Of a stretch of 64,000 nt of DNA, positions 41,020 through 53,845 are shown piece by piece; positions within the stretch are counted from its first letter, which is position 1, and the number at the start of each line of letters is the position of its first letter. This DNA comes from Octopus sinensis. Its lineage: Eukaryota. Location of the stretch: contig NW_021832231.1 of NCBI RefSeq assembly GCF_006345805.1, positions 806,001 through 870,000 of the forward strand, in the 5' to 3' direction. A program made the position numbers and the translations under genes. The notes below the pieces were generated by a model. It had not been told where the DNA came from and did not search any database. It saw nothing but the letters and a program-made list of their open reading frames with translations.

Positions 41020-41610
41020 GAGGATGTTTTTTTAAAGATGATGCAGACTCTACTGAAATCCGTTCTTGAAGGTCAAGACGCGGATATTTCAAAAGTTAAT
41101 AATTCCGACTAAAAAGAAAACTAAAAATTTTATTCTTATTAAAGAAAAGCTATATCTGCGAAATACTAGTCGATTTCACAGACTCGTTATAGCTTTAACA
41201 AGCACAGAAAAGGTGAAAATCAATGCTCAAGAAATCCACAAAGCAAACCATTGTGGATGCAGTTTGCAGAAGGAGATTGTTTGTAATCAAACGAAACATC
41301 ATTCGTCAAATCGTAAGTGAATCCAATATATGCAAGTCTGCTGTGCCACTAAAACAGTATGACGATTTGAGCCATATTTTCACTGATTTACCTAATGAAA
41401 GGTTTCAAGTCGATTTAATTTATATTAAAAGGTTTAAAGTTTATCAATTATTATTGTAGATTTAAGGATCAAAATGATCATTTTTCTTAGTTAACATCTG
41501 TAGTAAACATATATTCAAAATATGAATTAACCAGGAACATACTGAACAAAAGTGGAAGAGAATTAGCCGACAAATTAGAAGAAATTTTTATGGATTTTTT
41601 ATGAATCACG
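41020..41610 (+). mobile_element. Ginger-like (rve integrase) transposon remnant
   Basis: H-x4-H...C zinc-binding remnant, PNERFQVDLI and VNIYSKY...NKSGRELADKLEEIF; contains a 28-nt GT-AG intron; no RT nearby. Confidence 0.65.
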
Positions 41611-41836
41611 TTAAAGACACTTTATAATTATACAAAAAATGATTACAAATTTGATTTTCCTTCAGGTAGACCTGAATTCTGCTTATTTTAAAAGGATGAA
41701 TAAAAATGGCCGTGCATTGATCGAAATATGAATTTATTCCAATGAGTTTTTGAATAGTTTATTTTTCTGTATTATTTTTAATTATTTTAATAAATATTTA
41801 AAATGTACTATCCACGTTAATCTACTTGCGTGCAAA

Positions 41837-44800
41837 ATGACTCGAAAAATAAATAAAGCTAAAAATATCAAAGAAAAGTCCAATAAACTAATAAAAAAAG
41901 AAGCCAAACGTTTAAAGGATATAGTCGTACGCAGAGACAAAAAATATAAAGTATACCCCATTTTATCCTCAATACACAGCGTAAAGAATTGCTTGATTCC
42001 CTTAGCCAAGTGAAAGCTCCTACTGAGCTTTCCCAATCTCTCATTTCATCAGTTTCTCTCAACACCCACAAATATACAAAGTACAGTCATTAATATTCAA
42101 ACACAGTACCTCAACTAATGAGACACCTTGCACTGAATTGTCATGTAATCCTATAAAAAGGAGGAAAAAAATATTGAGCCAAAAATTGTTATCGAAGAAG
42201 ATTGTTGTTCCATAAGTAGCACAAACACGTCGGATTACTCATCTGGATCGGATACATGTCCGCAAATGGACATTCAGAAACCAATTCCCGCTCCTCTAAG
42301 TCAATCCGACCTTCCAATCCCCATCATTTGCGAACCAGAGTGTCCTAAATCGCGAATAACGACTGTTCCGCAAGACAACGAGTTCATTATTCAGTTGTCG
42401 AGGGATCCAGATGTGCAGGTTTAATAATATTGCTCTTTGTGGCGTGCGCATCTATATATGTTTTTGTTTGCTCTTTGTGGTATAACTGAAACTTCCGTAA
42501 CCTTATTTTGATTGTTTTAATGATTTTGTAGGAAGGACGGTATAAACTGCCTATATTGTCAGAGGAGGCGTCTATAATGAGTACAGTGAGGAACAACGAC
42601 GTAGTAATAATTTGTGGAGAGACTGGTTCAGGTAAGAGTACACAAATACCCCAATTCCTGTACGAGGCTGGCTATGCACGGTAGTAATGTTTAGTAATAA
42701 TATATTAGGGACGACCAGTCCATAGTTGTCACTGAACCTCGCCGAGTGGCTGCAAGGACATTATCTGAAAGGGTGGCATTCGAAATGAATCTGTCGACTG
42801 AGTATTTCATGTGTGATGCATCTGCAGTGTCATTTCCTACAAAATACGTTATGAAGGAAATGTAACTGAAAAGACAAAGATTAAGTTTGTAACCGACGGT
42901 GTCCTTATCCGAGAGCTCCAAATGGTTTTTATTAATTAAAATAACAAAAATAGGATTTACTGCTCTCCAAATATTCTGTAATTGTAATCGACGAAGCACA
43001 CGAAAGGAGTGTGAACAGCGACATCCTCATCGGGTTTCTCTCCAGAATTGTTCGATATAGGAACATGGTAATTAGCCCTCTTGTGGCACACATCATGACG
43101 CTATTTTAGAATGGAAATGCGTTGAAACTGGTGATAATGTCAGCTACAATGAACGTCGATCAATTTGTAGAGAACAGGAATTTGTTTTCACAGCCGCCTC
43201 CAGTAATTGAGGTTATTTCGGCGTTTCATTACTCCATTTTAGATAAAGAGTCGGCAATATGAAATAACGTCTCGATTCCTAAAGAGGACACCTGATGAGT
43301 ACTTGGAAGCAGCATACAAAAAAGTACTAATGTGTTTCCGACTGAGAAGGTCTGTCAAATCCATCGGAAATTGCCAATGGGGACAATCTTAGTGTTTGTC
43401 ACTGGAAGGGACGAAGTAAAAAAACTTTGTAGCAAACTCCGTGCAACATTCCGTCACAAAAACTCTAATGATCCAAAGAAAAAAAACGAAAATGACTTTT
43501 TTGAGGATTTGAAGGTAGCCAGAGACCGATTCCGCAAGGGAAAGGGGGACGTCCACATTCCAGAGTTGATTTAAAACTGCTAAGTACTCCTAGCATTCCC
43601 CCTTCGCTGTGCCTCGAGGAAGAAACCTCTTCTGTAACACCTGTTAGTTATCAAATAGGAGGCCGGGGAAGAAACCTGTGAGATTCTGTCTGTTCTTCCG
43701 TTTTATTCCGTGCTCCCTCAGGCCGAACAACGGAAGGTATTCCAGAGACCGAGGGAGGGTTGTCGCCTGTGTATAGTCAGCACAAATATTGCGGAAACCT
43801 CCGTGACAATCCCGAATGTGCGCTACGTCGTGGACACTGGAAAGGAAAAAAAGAGATTGGTGGATCCGCGGAGTGGTGTGGGGACATTCCGCATAGATTG
43901 GATATCCCAGGCCTCGGCGAGACAAAGGGCAGGAAGAGCTGGTCGAGTTGCGTCGGGGTATTGTTACCGATTGTATTCTTCTGCTGTTTTTTCTGACTTT
44001 TCCGAGTTTTCCGAGCCGGAAATTCGACGGACGTGCATTGAGGATGTGGTTTTACTGCTAAAGGTATGTTTTGTATAATCCTGACTTGTTTGTTAAGAAA
44101 ATGAAGGTCTCCGACATTCCTCAGTTTCCGTTTCCGACGGTCCCGGACATTGAGTCTTTCAAATCCGCAGAAAAGTTGTTACTCCAGTTGGGAGCTCTCG
44201 AACAGTCGACAAAAACCGAAACAAAAATTACAAAATTGGGAGAAGCAATGAGCGCCTATCCCTTACACCCCAGATTGAGCAAAATATTGGTTCATGCATC
44301 AAAAAACGGACTCCTCGAATCTGCAATGGCCTTTACTGCTGCTTGTTCAGTCCCCGAACTAGTCGAAGCCTGCAGAGATCACATAATAATTGGGAAAAGA
44401 AAACTTTTGGCAGGAAATAGTTTGGGGGATCTTCAGTTGTTGTTGGGCGTGATGGAGGAGATGAGTCGACGTGATATTCGGGACGTTTGCACGGAGTATG
44501 GACTTCGATATAAGGCTGCTGTTGAGAGCGGAAAATTACGACGTCAATTGGGGTCAAATGGGGGAATTTTATCATCAATGAGTGGAGAACAAGTGGATTT
44601 GATGACTCAACTGTTAATATCGAGTTATCCTGATCACATTGCTCGGTATATATCATAATATTACAGAAGAAAAGTATATGTGAATAACCACATGTCGGAA
44701 AGTGGTGGAAAGCCATGTCCTCATTACTACGAGTGTCCCCTGTTCGAGGACAGACTGTATATTCATCCCTCCTCACTTCTTGCTGACGACCAGCCTCCGT

Positions 44801-45419
44801 TCGTCCTGTTTCTGAATGTGGAAGAGACTACTCGGCTTTATATGAAGGGTAAGAGATGGTGAATATTGCAGATGTCTGTTCTATCAACATGGCATATGTT
44901 CCTCATTGTGTGCCCGGCCTATGTTCTTTCTCTCCCCCCAAGGATGTTCCCTGTCCTGTATTCGAAGCTGGAACTGTATTCTGTCACCGAGAATGCACTT
45001 TTGGTTTGTGTTTTTTGTTATTGAGAGGTATTTGGCCACTTGGTGTTGTGGAGACTGTGTTCCCTCAAGGATTTGAACGGAAATGCTTTTTTGCTCGTTT
45101 CTTTCTGGAGGGAGTCGTCTGTCCTGAACTGGGCAAGTACAAGTCATGTCTTCTTGGGAATCCCGCAATGCTGACGACATCATATTCTTCGTATATTTGA
45201 GTTAGTTTTATTTGGCAGTCTCCAGAGGAAGGCTCATGCTTTGTTGACTGCTTTTTGTGTTCGGGATATTGATAGTACAAGTTGTCTTGGTCGTGTGTGG
45301 AATGATCAGCCTGATTGTATTGTTATTTTATATTTTCAGATTTGTTGGAAGAGTATTTGGAATATATTCCTCAGTCGCTCCATGCAGAGGTCAGACATAT
45401 TTGGCCCCCGTCTTTTTAA
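41837..45419 (+). CDS. DHX37: DEAH-box RNA helicase DHX37/Dhr1
   Basis: [64 protein letters not shown] and C-terminal WPP; introns mostly 21-34 nt. Confidence 0.95.
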
Positions 45420-46674
45420 GTCACTTGTAGATATCATATTTACATTCTAATTTTTATATGTGTTAACTTTGTCAAAAATTTTTGAAACACTTCAGTTTTT
45501 GATATGCTTTGTAGGATTTCTGCTACAAATAAATAATTCCTTTTGAATACAAACCTGATTTGGAACTAAATTTATTACTTTTTTATTTCTAGGCTTCAAA
45601 AAATTAATTATTTTCAGATACAAAAGCTTTATGCTAAATCATTATGCCTGTTAGTTACGAAAAAAGTACTTACTTGCAAGAATGAAACAAGCATTGGCAC
45701 GTAGCTTGAATACAAAAATAAATATACTGTACATAATCCCTGCGAACAATAGTTTAAATTTTCAAAAAAACTGACAACATTTTTAAAACCTTAAATAGTG
45801 AAGTTTCTGACGCATCCCTTGTTTCTGATAATATTTTGATGGAAGTGATAAAAAAGTTATAGAAGGTTTGGAAAGTATGGAAAAAAACAAAAATTAAAAA
45901 ATTTTAATAATGGTATTCAAAATAAAAGTAAAAAAATTACTGAATTGGAAGAATCAGTTCTAGAACTGAAATTGCTCCTTTAGATTTGTTGACATGCTTC
46001 AGACAAAGTTTATTTAGTAGTTTGAACAAAAACTATGTATGTGGAAATACAAGGGATGATTATTTTTCAACAACGAATGATTTTTAGGACTTTTTTACAT
46101 TAATTAAAATATTAAATTTATAGTGTTAAAACCTCAATTTTTTTGAACAACCTCAATTTTTGGAACATTTTTTTCCAGCTAGAGATCGACTGTATTATAA
46201 ATAATAAATGCTTGATAAATTGATGTTTTTTCCTTGACGGATAATTTTCGTAATACTATTTATAATCAATCACTTTCTGTTTAAGCACTCACAAGTATTG
46301 ATATCAATCATTTCAATTCACATTTTAAATGAGTTCAGCTGTTCAGATTTAGTTTAGCGTACGGTTTTTTTTGTTTTCAATTGTCTTTCAATCAGATTAT
46401 CAATAAAAGTGAAATAAGAAACCGTATTTAGATCACGTAATCTATTACTTGTTTTCGAAAATTCATATTTAAGATAAGTTTAGTGTATTTATGAAAAAAA
46501 CAAACTATTAAAATGGTTTACTATCTCTTTTAAGAATTCGACAGAACATTTTCGATTTTTCTTGAGACAATTTCTTTTGATAAAATTAACATTTACACAT
46601 GAATTACCACACAATTTATAAAATGAATATCAGAATAGACAGATCAATTCATAAAAATTGATACGGGTTATGAG

Positions 46675-49343
46675 CAGTGTTCCCTCTAAGCGAGTGGTAG
46701 CTATGCGCGCTGGGCACATTGCATTGTGCAGCGTTATAAAGTGACGTGTGCAAAAAATTTTTGGGGGGGGAAAATTTACAATTAAAAAACCAATGGTTAA
46801 AAAAATAGGTCTAGTCAATTGGATATTCTCTTCTGTTTTTATTTGTATCCAAAATTTGTATACTCGATCAAGATCCACTGTATTCCCACTTGTTAAATAG
46901 AACTTGATTCGCATGATCATCTCCAAATGGTCAATCTCAAGTCTATTACGTAGTTTAGTTTTGATACAGTTCATCAAACTAAATCCACGTTCAGCATCAG
47001 CACTCGACGCTTGAAATGTGCCACAAATATCCACAAATGTTGCAGTGGCTGAAAATTTTTTCTCCGCTAGTATATAGTAAATTACATCTTCAAATGTTTT
47101 CAAAGCACCAGAGTGCAGTTTTTCTTTTAAAATAACTTGAGATCTGTATATTCCGACTGCAGTTTTATGAGTGGGACTTCTGAAGAGAGTAAATTTTCAT
47201 ATTTTTCGCTAATTTAATTATCTCCTCTTTTCCAAATTCAAAGTTTGTCTGATTTTGAATTGCTTGAGTGTCAAATGCTACCCATTCTCTTAATTCGTCA
47301 GCTGGAAATCTTTCTTGTAAATGCAGATAAACATGCTCGATAAAGCATAGGATTTCATCTGTATTTGTATCTCCATAACCAGTTGTTGATAACAACATCT
47401 TCACACTGTCACTCCAGTAAATTTCATTTCCATCCAAATATTGAGATTTCAGCTTCGAAATTTTTGCTCTGGCAAACTGTACAGCTTCTATGGTCGATAT
47501 ACAGCTTCTTTGTAAAACTGTGCACAAATCTGCTAATTCAGCCAAAATTTCATTTAAGACAGTTAAAGCAACATGAATAAGAGGATTTTGAAGTTGTTTT
47601 AAGCAATATTTTGCAATCGGATCATTATCATCTTCAACCTGTTTCTTGAAATATTCAATTAAAATGGTACTAGAAAGAAAAAAGTAAGCAATTGGGTGGC
47701 TAAGGGAATTGTCGAGGGCCTGAGGGTCAGCTCAACGATGCCGCGCTGCGTATTGAGTGGCAGTTTCCGCGGAGCACAGCAACCGAGATTCGCTGGAACA
47801 GCCAGCTCGTCTCCCTCCGGTCGTTTGTTTTTGTGGAGATTTTTCTACCAATGGCGGTGAGGAGTTGAGTCGCAGCCTTTCCGACGATTCCAGAGGTTTC
47901 GAAGGCGAGGGGGGCAAACTCAAAAGCGTCCGAAATACACCGGTATTTCGTCATCTTTGTCTCTTCAGCCAGCGCACTGGCGGAACCCGGGTTTGCGACA
48001 GTCCTGGGAAGCATTGTCGCCGAAAATTAAAATTGTGTAGTTTTTTATCAAAGCTTTAACAGCAAAATGCCGAGACATCCATCTCACTTCATTTAGTGGC
48101 TTAAATGAAACGACATCTTCAACAACAACATTAGCCAGGTCCTGAAATGCAGCTTTTTTTATACTTGATCGACTGAAAACAGTATAAACAGTCCGGAGTA
48201 ATATTTCAATATTTTTCACAAGATTATTTTTTTTCCATGCATCATCGATCCCTAGATCTTGTCTGTGAACGACGCAATGTTGTTCAGTAAGATGAGGAAC
48301 CTCAGCACGGATCAGTGATGCCACGCCATTTCTTCTCCCTAGCATAACGGATGCCCCATCTGATGTAAACATTACCATCTTTTGAAAATCAAGATTGTTT
48401 GTCATGTAGAATTTCTTGATTGCAATGAAAATAGATTTACTGTCACAACTTGTAAGTTTCATTATGCTAGCAAAAACTGTTTTGTGATAATTTGTCCCCG
48501 TAGGACGATATTTAATATATATAATAAGCATTTTGGTTACGGATATATCTGTGCTTTCGTCCACAATGAGTGTATGGAACCGAGACTCTCTAATTTCTGC
48601 ATACATATCTCTTTGACCACGTAGTCGATGCATTCAACAAACTCAAATGCATAATTTTTACTTCGCCAGCTATCAGGAAGTTCTACATATTTTGCCATAT
48701 GATCATGTATATTCATAACAGAAAGTAATGAAGCATTCATGGAGAGAGCCAAAATAACATTGTCAATGAGAATTTTCACTTTTTCAATTTTACTTCGTGC
48801 ACGATCACTCATTTTGAATCTCATCTGTCGGTCATCCTTAGACTCTGTGAGCAAGCAGCTGATTCCAGTTCCTGCTCGAATTCTTCTTAATTTTATTATT
48901 GAATCTGAATGAATTTTATGGGTAATATGTCTCTTCAGATAATCCAATTTCCATATATCCCAGGTTTTTCCACTCGCAAAATCACAAGTCGCTTTAGCGT
49001 CGCCACATATTTTACAAACAACTCCGCAGTCTTCGGAAAAAAACTAAAAATATCACCCAGTTGCACATGTTGGGGAATTTTTGAATCTGGTGTTAAGGTT
49101 TCGACGTACTCTATCAACCATTCCGGCTTAAAAGAAGGAGAATTTTTCTTAAGTCTCATATCAATATTATAGACACGTTTTCGTTTTGAAATGAAAATAA
49201 GAATATATAAATTCATATAAAAAATTAAAAAAAATAGCAATTTTTAATATTATACTTTCTACTGCGCAGAAAAAAATTTCGCTGCGCAGCAAGGTGCAAA
49301 CTGCTGCGCGGCCGCGCACGCGCGCAGCTTAGAGGGAACACTG
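46675..49343 (-). mobile_element. Full-length hAT transposon (ZNF862-like transposase, frameshifted)
   Basis: TIRs CAGTGTTCCCTCTAAGC and GCTTAGAGGGAACACTG; perfect 8-bp TSD GTTATGAG; DESTDIS, SDGASVMLG, HCVVHR, VRWMSR and SSADAERGFSLMN motifs. Confidence 0.95.
47666..48024 (-). mobile_element. 5'-truncated CRE-like insertion inside the hAT transposase
   Basis: KMTKY...FAPLAFETSG...WLFQRISVAVLRGN; flanked by duplicated AATTAAAAT (47657-47665 and 48025-48033); host frame NYTILI|EYFKK is restored on removal. Confidence 0.88.
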
Positions 49344-50053
49344 GTTATGAGCTGTATTATCTCCTTAGATTTACAGAAGTCGTTAGCAAATCCATGTTGA
49401 TATCGAAAATCAACAAAGTCGTTAGCAAGACGCAACCTCTATATAGTGACTGATCTCAAAAGTATTATTTCTTCTAATATGACGAACTAAATGTCAGTGT
49501 AGCTAGTGAATTGCAGTTTACTCACTAGGGTAAGGTTTTATCAATAGTCTCAACTTGGATGCGATTTCCTCTACATTCACAAAAATAAATAGACCTTATT
49601 AAAATCAAAAAAGTTTTAATATATCTGAAAAGCAAATTTGAAGAGAGTATTAGAAAGCATAATCGTTCGAAAATATTTCTTGTTCTTGAAAAAATGTGAA
49701 GTAAAATGAAAATAAATGCAGTTTCTCTAATAGTCAATGAAAGTTAAATTAAACCATATTCAGCCGATTTGGCATTGGCGATTTTACTAATCAAATTCCA
49801 CCACGAATCCCTGTCCTTCACCTGCTCTGCAATCTCCAAGAAACGATGTTTGGCTTTGTTAACGACTTGTGATATTCAACTTAATTTATTGTTAAATGAG
49901 AGTTATTGTAAATAACGAAGAAATAGAATGTGCTGAAAGCAATATATTTCTGGGTAGTCTATATCTATACAATATCAGGTTTAAAGTGGGTCTAACCATA
50001 ATCAAAGTGGAATATGAGAAATGTGTATTAAGAATAAAAAATAAAAACAACAA

Positions 50054-50126
50054 GCCCGATTAGCTCAGTCGGTAGAGCATGGGACTCTTAATCCCAGGGT
50101 CGTGGGTTCGAGTCCCGCATCGGGCT
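50054..50126 (+). tRNA. trnK: tRNA-Lys (CTT)
   Basis: GCCCGAT/ATCGGGC acceptor stem, TAGCTCAGTCGGTAGAGC D-arm, TGGGA-CTCTTAA-TCCCA anticodon arm, GGTTCGAGTCC T-arm; followed by a T-run. Confidence 0.97.
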
Positions 50127-50164
50127 TTTCTTTTTTAAATATAAGTTTTATTAATTTTTTTAGT

Positions 50165-50590
50165 TCAAGCAAAAATGATAAAAGATTAATCGAAGGGAGG
50201 GCCAGAACCTGGCGGATCGCCAAACTGTTCCCCTGGATAACGGCGATCGATAACCGCTGAAAAAGCCAGTCCACCTCGTGAGTGCGAATGGAGATTTTGG
50301 GCCCGTGCTTGCGGAGAAACTTTTCCGTCTTTGGACCAAAAGTACCCGACGTCTCCATTGCAATCGGTACCACGAAAAATTCATCCGAAAGGGCAGAATA
50401 TTTGCATAGCTTTAAATCTTCAGCCTTTTTAGCAGCAGATTTAGCCTCCAGAGCACACGAAATTAAATTGTGAAGCAGCCTATTGTCGAAGGGGTATTTG
50501 CATATGTTTTGAATACAAGTACGGATAAGGTGGTCAATGGCGGAGTCTCTCTGGAACAGCAAAACACTGAAAAGAGCGTAGCAAATAAGA
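50165..50590 (-). mobile_element. CRE-like retroelement fragment next to the tRNA
   Basis: AEDLKLCKY...FVVPIAMETSGTFG...WLFQRLSIAVIQGN. Confidence 0.8.
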
Positions 50591-51042
50591 GATCTTTTAG
50601 ATTGAAAAGCAATTTCGTAAAATAAATAAATGGTACTTAGCTACAATTGCAGGATTTCTCTCCTCCAAGTACGCAATTCTCAACTTGAGAATATAGATGT
50701 TGAGTTTATTAAAAATGCTCAAATAAAATATTTGCTTAAGAATATCAATTGTAAAGTGCCACGTTCGGTTTTTGTAATGTATGGAAGAACAAAATGTTGA
50801 CTTAACCACATCCTTGGAGTGGTTATTTAAAAACACAACAAGGTTGTAAGTTTTATCTTTCTAAATTTGTTTCAAATCTATGGTATCATGTCACGCGCAT
50901 GTAAGCAACCTGCACTACGAGCAACAAAACGCGTTTTAATCAATATCACGATAATTGCTCAACACGCCACGCCGTTGAACCATATTATTTTCGGGATCAG
51001 TGTTGAAATCTTCAAGCTTATTTCTCCAAAGAAACCCTACTC

Positions 51043-51760
51043 CAGGGGTCGGCAAATACTTTTGGAAAAGTGCGAATTTTGAACTTTTTTGGAAATTTTG
51101 AAAAACTGAAGAGCCTCCTTTTACCACTTGTTCAAATCAAAAATTCAAATTCATAAAATTAATTAGACATTCATTTAAAAAAATAAAATTAATTCGACTT
51201 ATAGTACGCTCTAATTTTTTCTCGATCGCGTCGGCTTCCCGTCCATGAAGCTTCCACACTTGACCGAATTCTTTGTTTGTAATAAACTAATCATTTTCCA
51301 TTAGACTTATTAATGAAAAATGTGATTTCTCATTTCTCTGGTGAGTTGGCTAATGTCTGGTTCGTAACCCGTTAATTTTAACTTGAGGTCAGACTCCAGA
51401 TTCGAATCTGTAATTTTTTCCTAAATTTCGATTTTATATAATTCATGTGCGAAAAACTTTTTCACAGATATAAGTGTACAAAAATGGCAATAAATTTAAA
51501 GTGCTGACTTTAGCACATAGAGGGTTTATAATGAACGATAGAGTTGCCCTTTCTTTTCTAAAATCCTTAAAAATTTTAATATTTAAACATTCATTTTGAA
51601 CCTGTCATTGGAAAATTCATTTTTAAAATAAGTTTTATTTATAGTTCAACTATTTTCTTCCAAATATTGAGGTAATTTAGGAAAATGTAAAATATCCTGT
51701 ACTATATCCTCTTCAAACAGAATTTATTTTTTTCAAATAATATCACCTAATCAAACATTA
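51043..51760 (-). mobile_element. hAT (GTF2IRD2/Buster-like) 3' end
   Basis: TIR CAGGGGTCGGCAAA; dimerisation-domain remnant TYICEKVFSHMNYIKSKFRKKITDSNLESDL...YEPDI. Inner boundary approximate. Confidence 0.8.
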
Positions 51761-51884
51761 AAAATGCTATATTTCTATTTCTTTGCAATTTTGAATTAAA
51801 TTTGTTTAATTCAACAAATAATTTTTTTTTATCAGATCTAATTTATTAAAAAAGAAAATATGAAAAAGTTAACACGAGTTTATA

Positions 51885-52120
51885 AAGAGCCTGGAGGTCA
51901 GCTCAAAGTCGCCGCACTGCGTATCGAGTGGCAGTTTCCGCGGAGCAACAAATAATTTAGTTAGTATTATGCTTATGATATATATGTAGCCTGCGGATTG
52001 CCAAACTGTTTCACCGGATAATGGCGATCGAGAACCGTTGCATTAGCCAGTCCGCCTCCCGAGGATCATGGGTGCGCATTGAGATTTTGGCTCCGAGCTT
52101 GCGAAGGAACTTTTCAGTTT
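51885..52120 (-). mobile_element. Two adjacent short CRE-like 3' fragments
   Basis: 51885-51948 resembles 47715-47780; 51990-52120 resembles 50210-50330. Confidence 0.7.
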
Positions 52121-52149
52121 GTTTAATTGAAATTTGAAAATATAAACTT

Positions 52150-53530
52150 TCCATGCCAATTAAATTTTTTGGTATTAAAAAAGAGGCTTTTCCTTTTTAT
52201 GCCCCATGCGACCCCCAGTGGTTGCATTTATGTCTCTTTGTCATATTTGTTTCATAATCTGTTTTTCTTTAACTGTAGCATTTTACAGTCGCATGAAAGC
52301 AGGTATTATAAACTCTTACCCATATGGCCATATGGCCATAGGTATTTTACTTTAAATTATACGCAATAAAGCTAATCAATGTCTGTTTTAGTCTGCTACA
52401 ATATTTTAATTAATTCGTCAATCATTAGTTAATTCTAAAAAATTCTGTTCAACATTTTTCCATCCTCAGTGACGTTTGATTCTGCTCAGATATTAAAATA
52501 AATGTTTCTTATCTATGTTCCCCGTTTGTGACAGCGTGGCTTCTATTTATGATCGACTGACCACTCAAGTCATGCATAGTTATACTAAAAAAGATCGCAA
52601 TGTTTGATTTATTATTAGAAAATTGTCAATGACTATCAACTTATAGCATGGGTAGCTGAGTCATCGAGTACGTGTTCGTCACTGTCGAGTTTCAGGGTTA
52701 GACTGCCAGCACAAGAGACACCTGTTCTCTGAAAGATGTTTTTCTAAGATAGAGTTTTCTAAAATCCAATTAAAATTTTCTAGCGGAAAATTTGGAAAAA
52801 TATGTAATTTGTATGTGTAACAAAAAGTTTTAGTGTTTATATTGTTCAGTTATTAAGTTAAATTTTTTAGTTAATTTTTTTAGCTTTGGTGTTAAAAAAG
52901 AGGCTTTTCCTTTTTATGCCCCGCAACCACTGAAGGCCGCTTTTATATCGACGGTTCGCATTTATTTTTGCTATGATATGTTTATAATACTCTGTCCATA
53001 TGGCCATGCGGCCACTTGTACTTTACTATTAAATTACAAGTAAAAAGCTAATCGATGTCAGTTTTAGTCTGCTAAAATATTTTAATTAATTCGTCATTAG
53101 TAATTCTGGCAAATGAGCTTTTTTTATTTCTAATTCAGATTGTTCGTATGTTTTTATATTTCTGTTCAACATTTCCTATATCTCAGTATTGACCCAGTAC
53201 GCCGCAGTGACCCGGTATTCGACATGTTTTGCAAATTTGAGTCCTTGATAAAAGGTCACTCAGGATCGTTGGCGGGACCGTATAGGTATTGTCTCCTTGT
53301 TAATTGTGATTAAAGGTCTTCTCGAATAGTGTTGTTTGCAAGTGGTGAATAAGGTTACAAAAGACTTTGTGAGCAATACTTCCAGTCGTAGTTGTTTAAA
53401 CCAAACAGTTAATGAATTAAGTATTCCTTGTACCCTTTGGGATGAATTTTCATAAAATCTTTCTTTAGCAACAATGACAATATTGTCAGCATAAGAAAGA
53501 AGGAGACAGCTGTCGTTAGTTCGCTCTAGC
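52150..53530 (-). mobile_element. LINE (I/Jockey-like) remnants; 3' region present twice
   Basis: SYADNIVIV RT remnant at 53260-53530; 52170-52470 and 52885-53190 share blocks such as AAAAAGAGGCTTTTCCTTTTTATGCCCC and CCATATGGCCAT. Confidence 0.65.
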
Positions 53531-53531
53531 A

Positions 53532-53845
53532 CAGGGGTCGGCAAATACTTTTGGAGAAGAGCCAATTTTGAACATTTTTGGAAATTTCGAAAAATTGAAG
53601 AGCCACCTTTAATCACTTGTCAAAAATTTAAATTCATAAAATTAAATAGACATTAATTTAAAAAAATAATTAAGAATTCATTTTAAAAAATTAAATTGAT
53701 TAGACACATTAATGAGAAATTTGATTCCTTATTTCTTTGGAGAGTTGGTTAATGTCTGGGTCGTAAGTCGTTAATTTTAATCTGAGGTTAGATTCCAAAT
53801 TCGAATCGGTAATTTTGTTCCTTAATTTTGATTTTATATAATTCA
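53532..53845 (-). mobile_element. Second copy of the hAT 3' end, cut by a Helitron
   Basis: Same CAGGGGTCGGCAAATACTTTTGGA terminus and following sequence as 51043. Confidence 0.8.

Noticed and set aside
14759-45419. Alternative genetic code or pseudogenisation to explain the many stops
   Set aside because: Stops and frameshifts in the conserved genes checked are resolved by 21-34 nt introns under the standard code.
46630-49240. Domesticated ZNF862-like host gene
   Set aside because: Bounded by TIRs and an 8-bp TSD, frameshifted, and interrupted by a retroelement.
50065-50562. 166-codon ORF running through the tRNA
   Set aside because: A CRE fragment frame reading on into the antisense tRNA (PDAGLEPTTLGLRVPCSTD); not a real protein.
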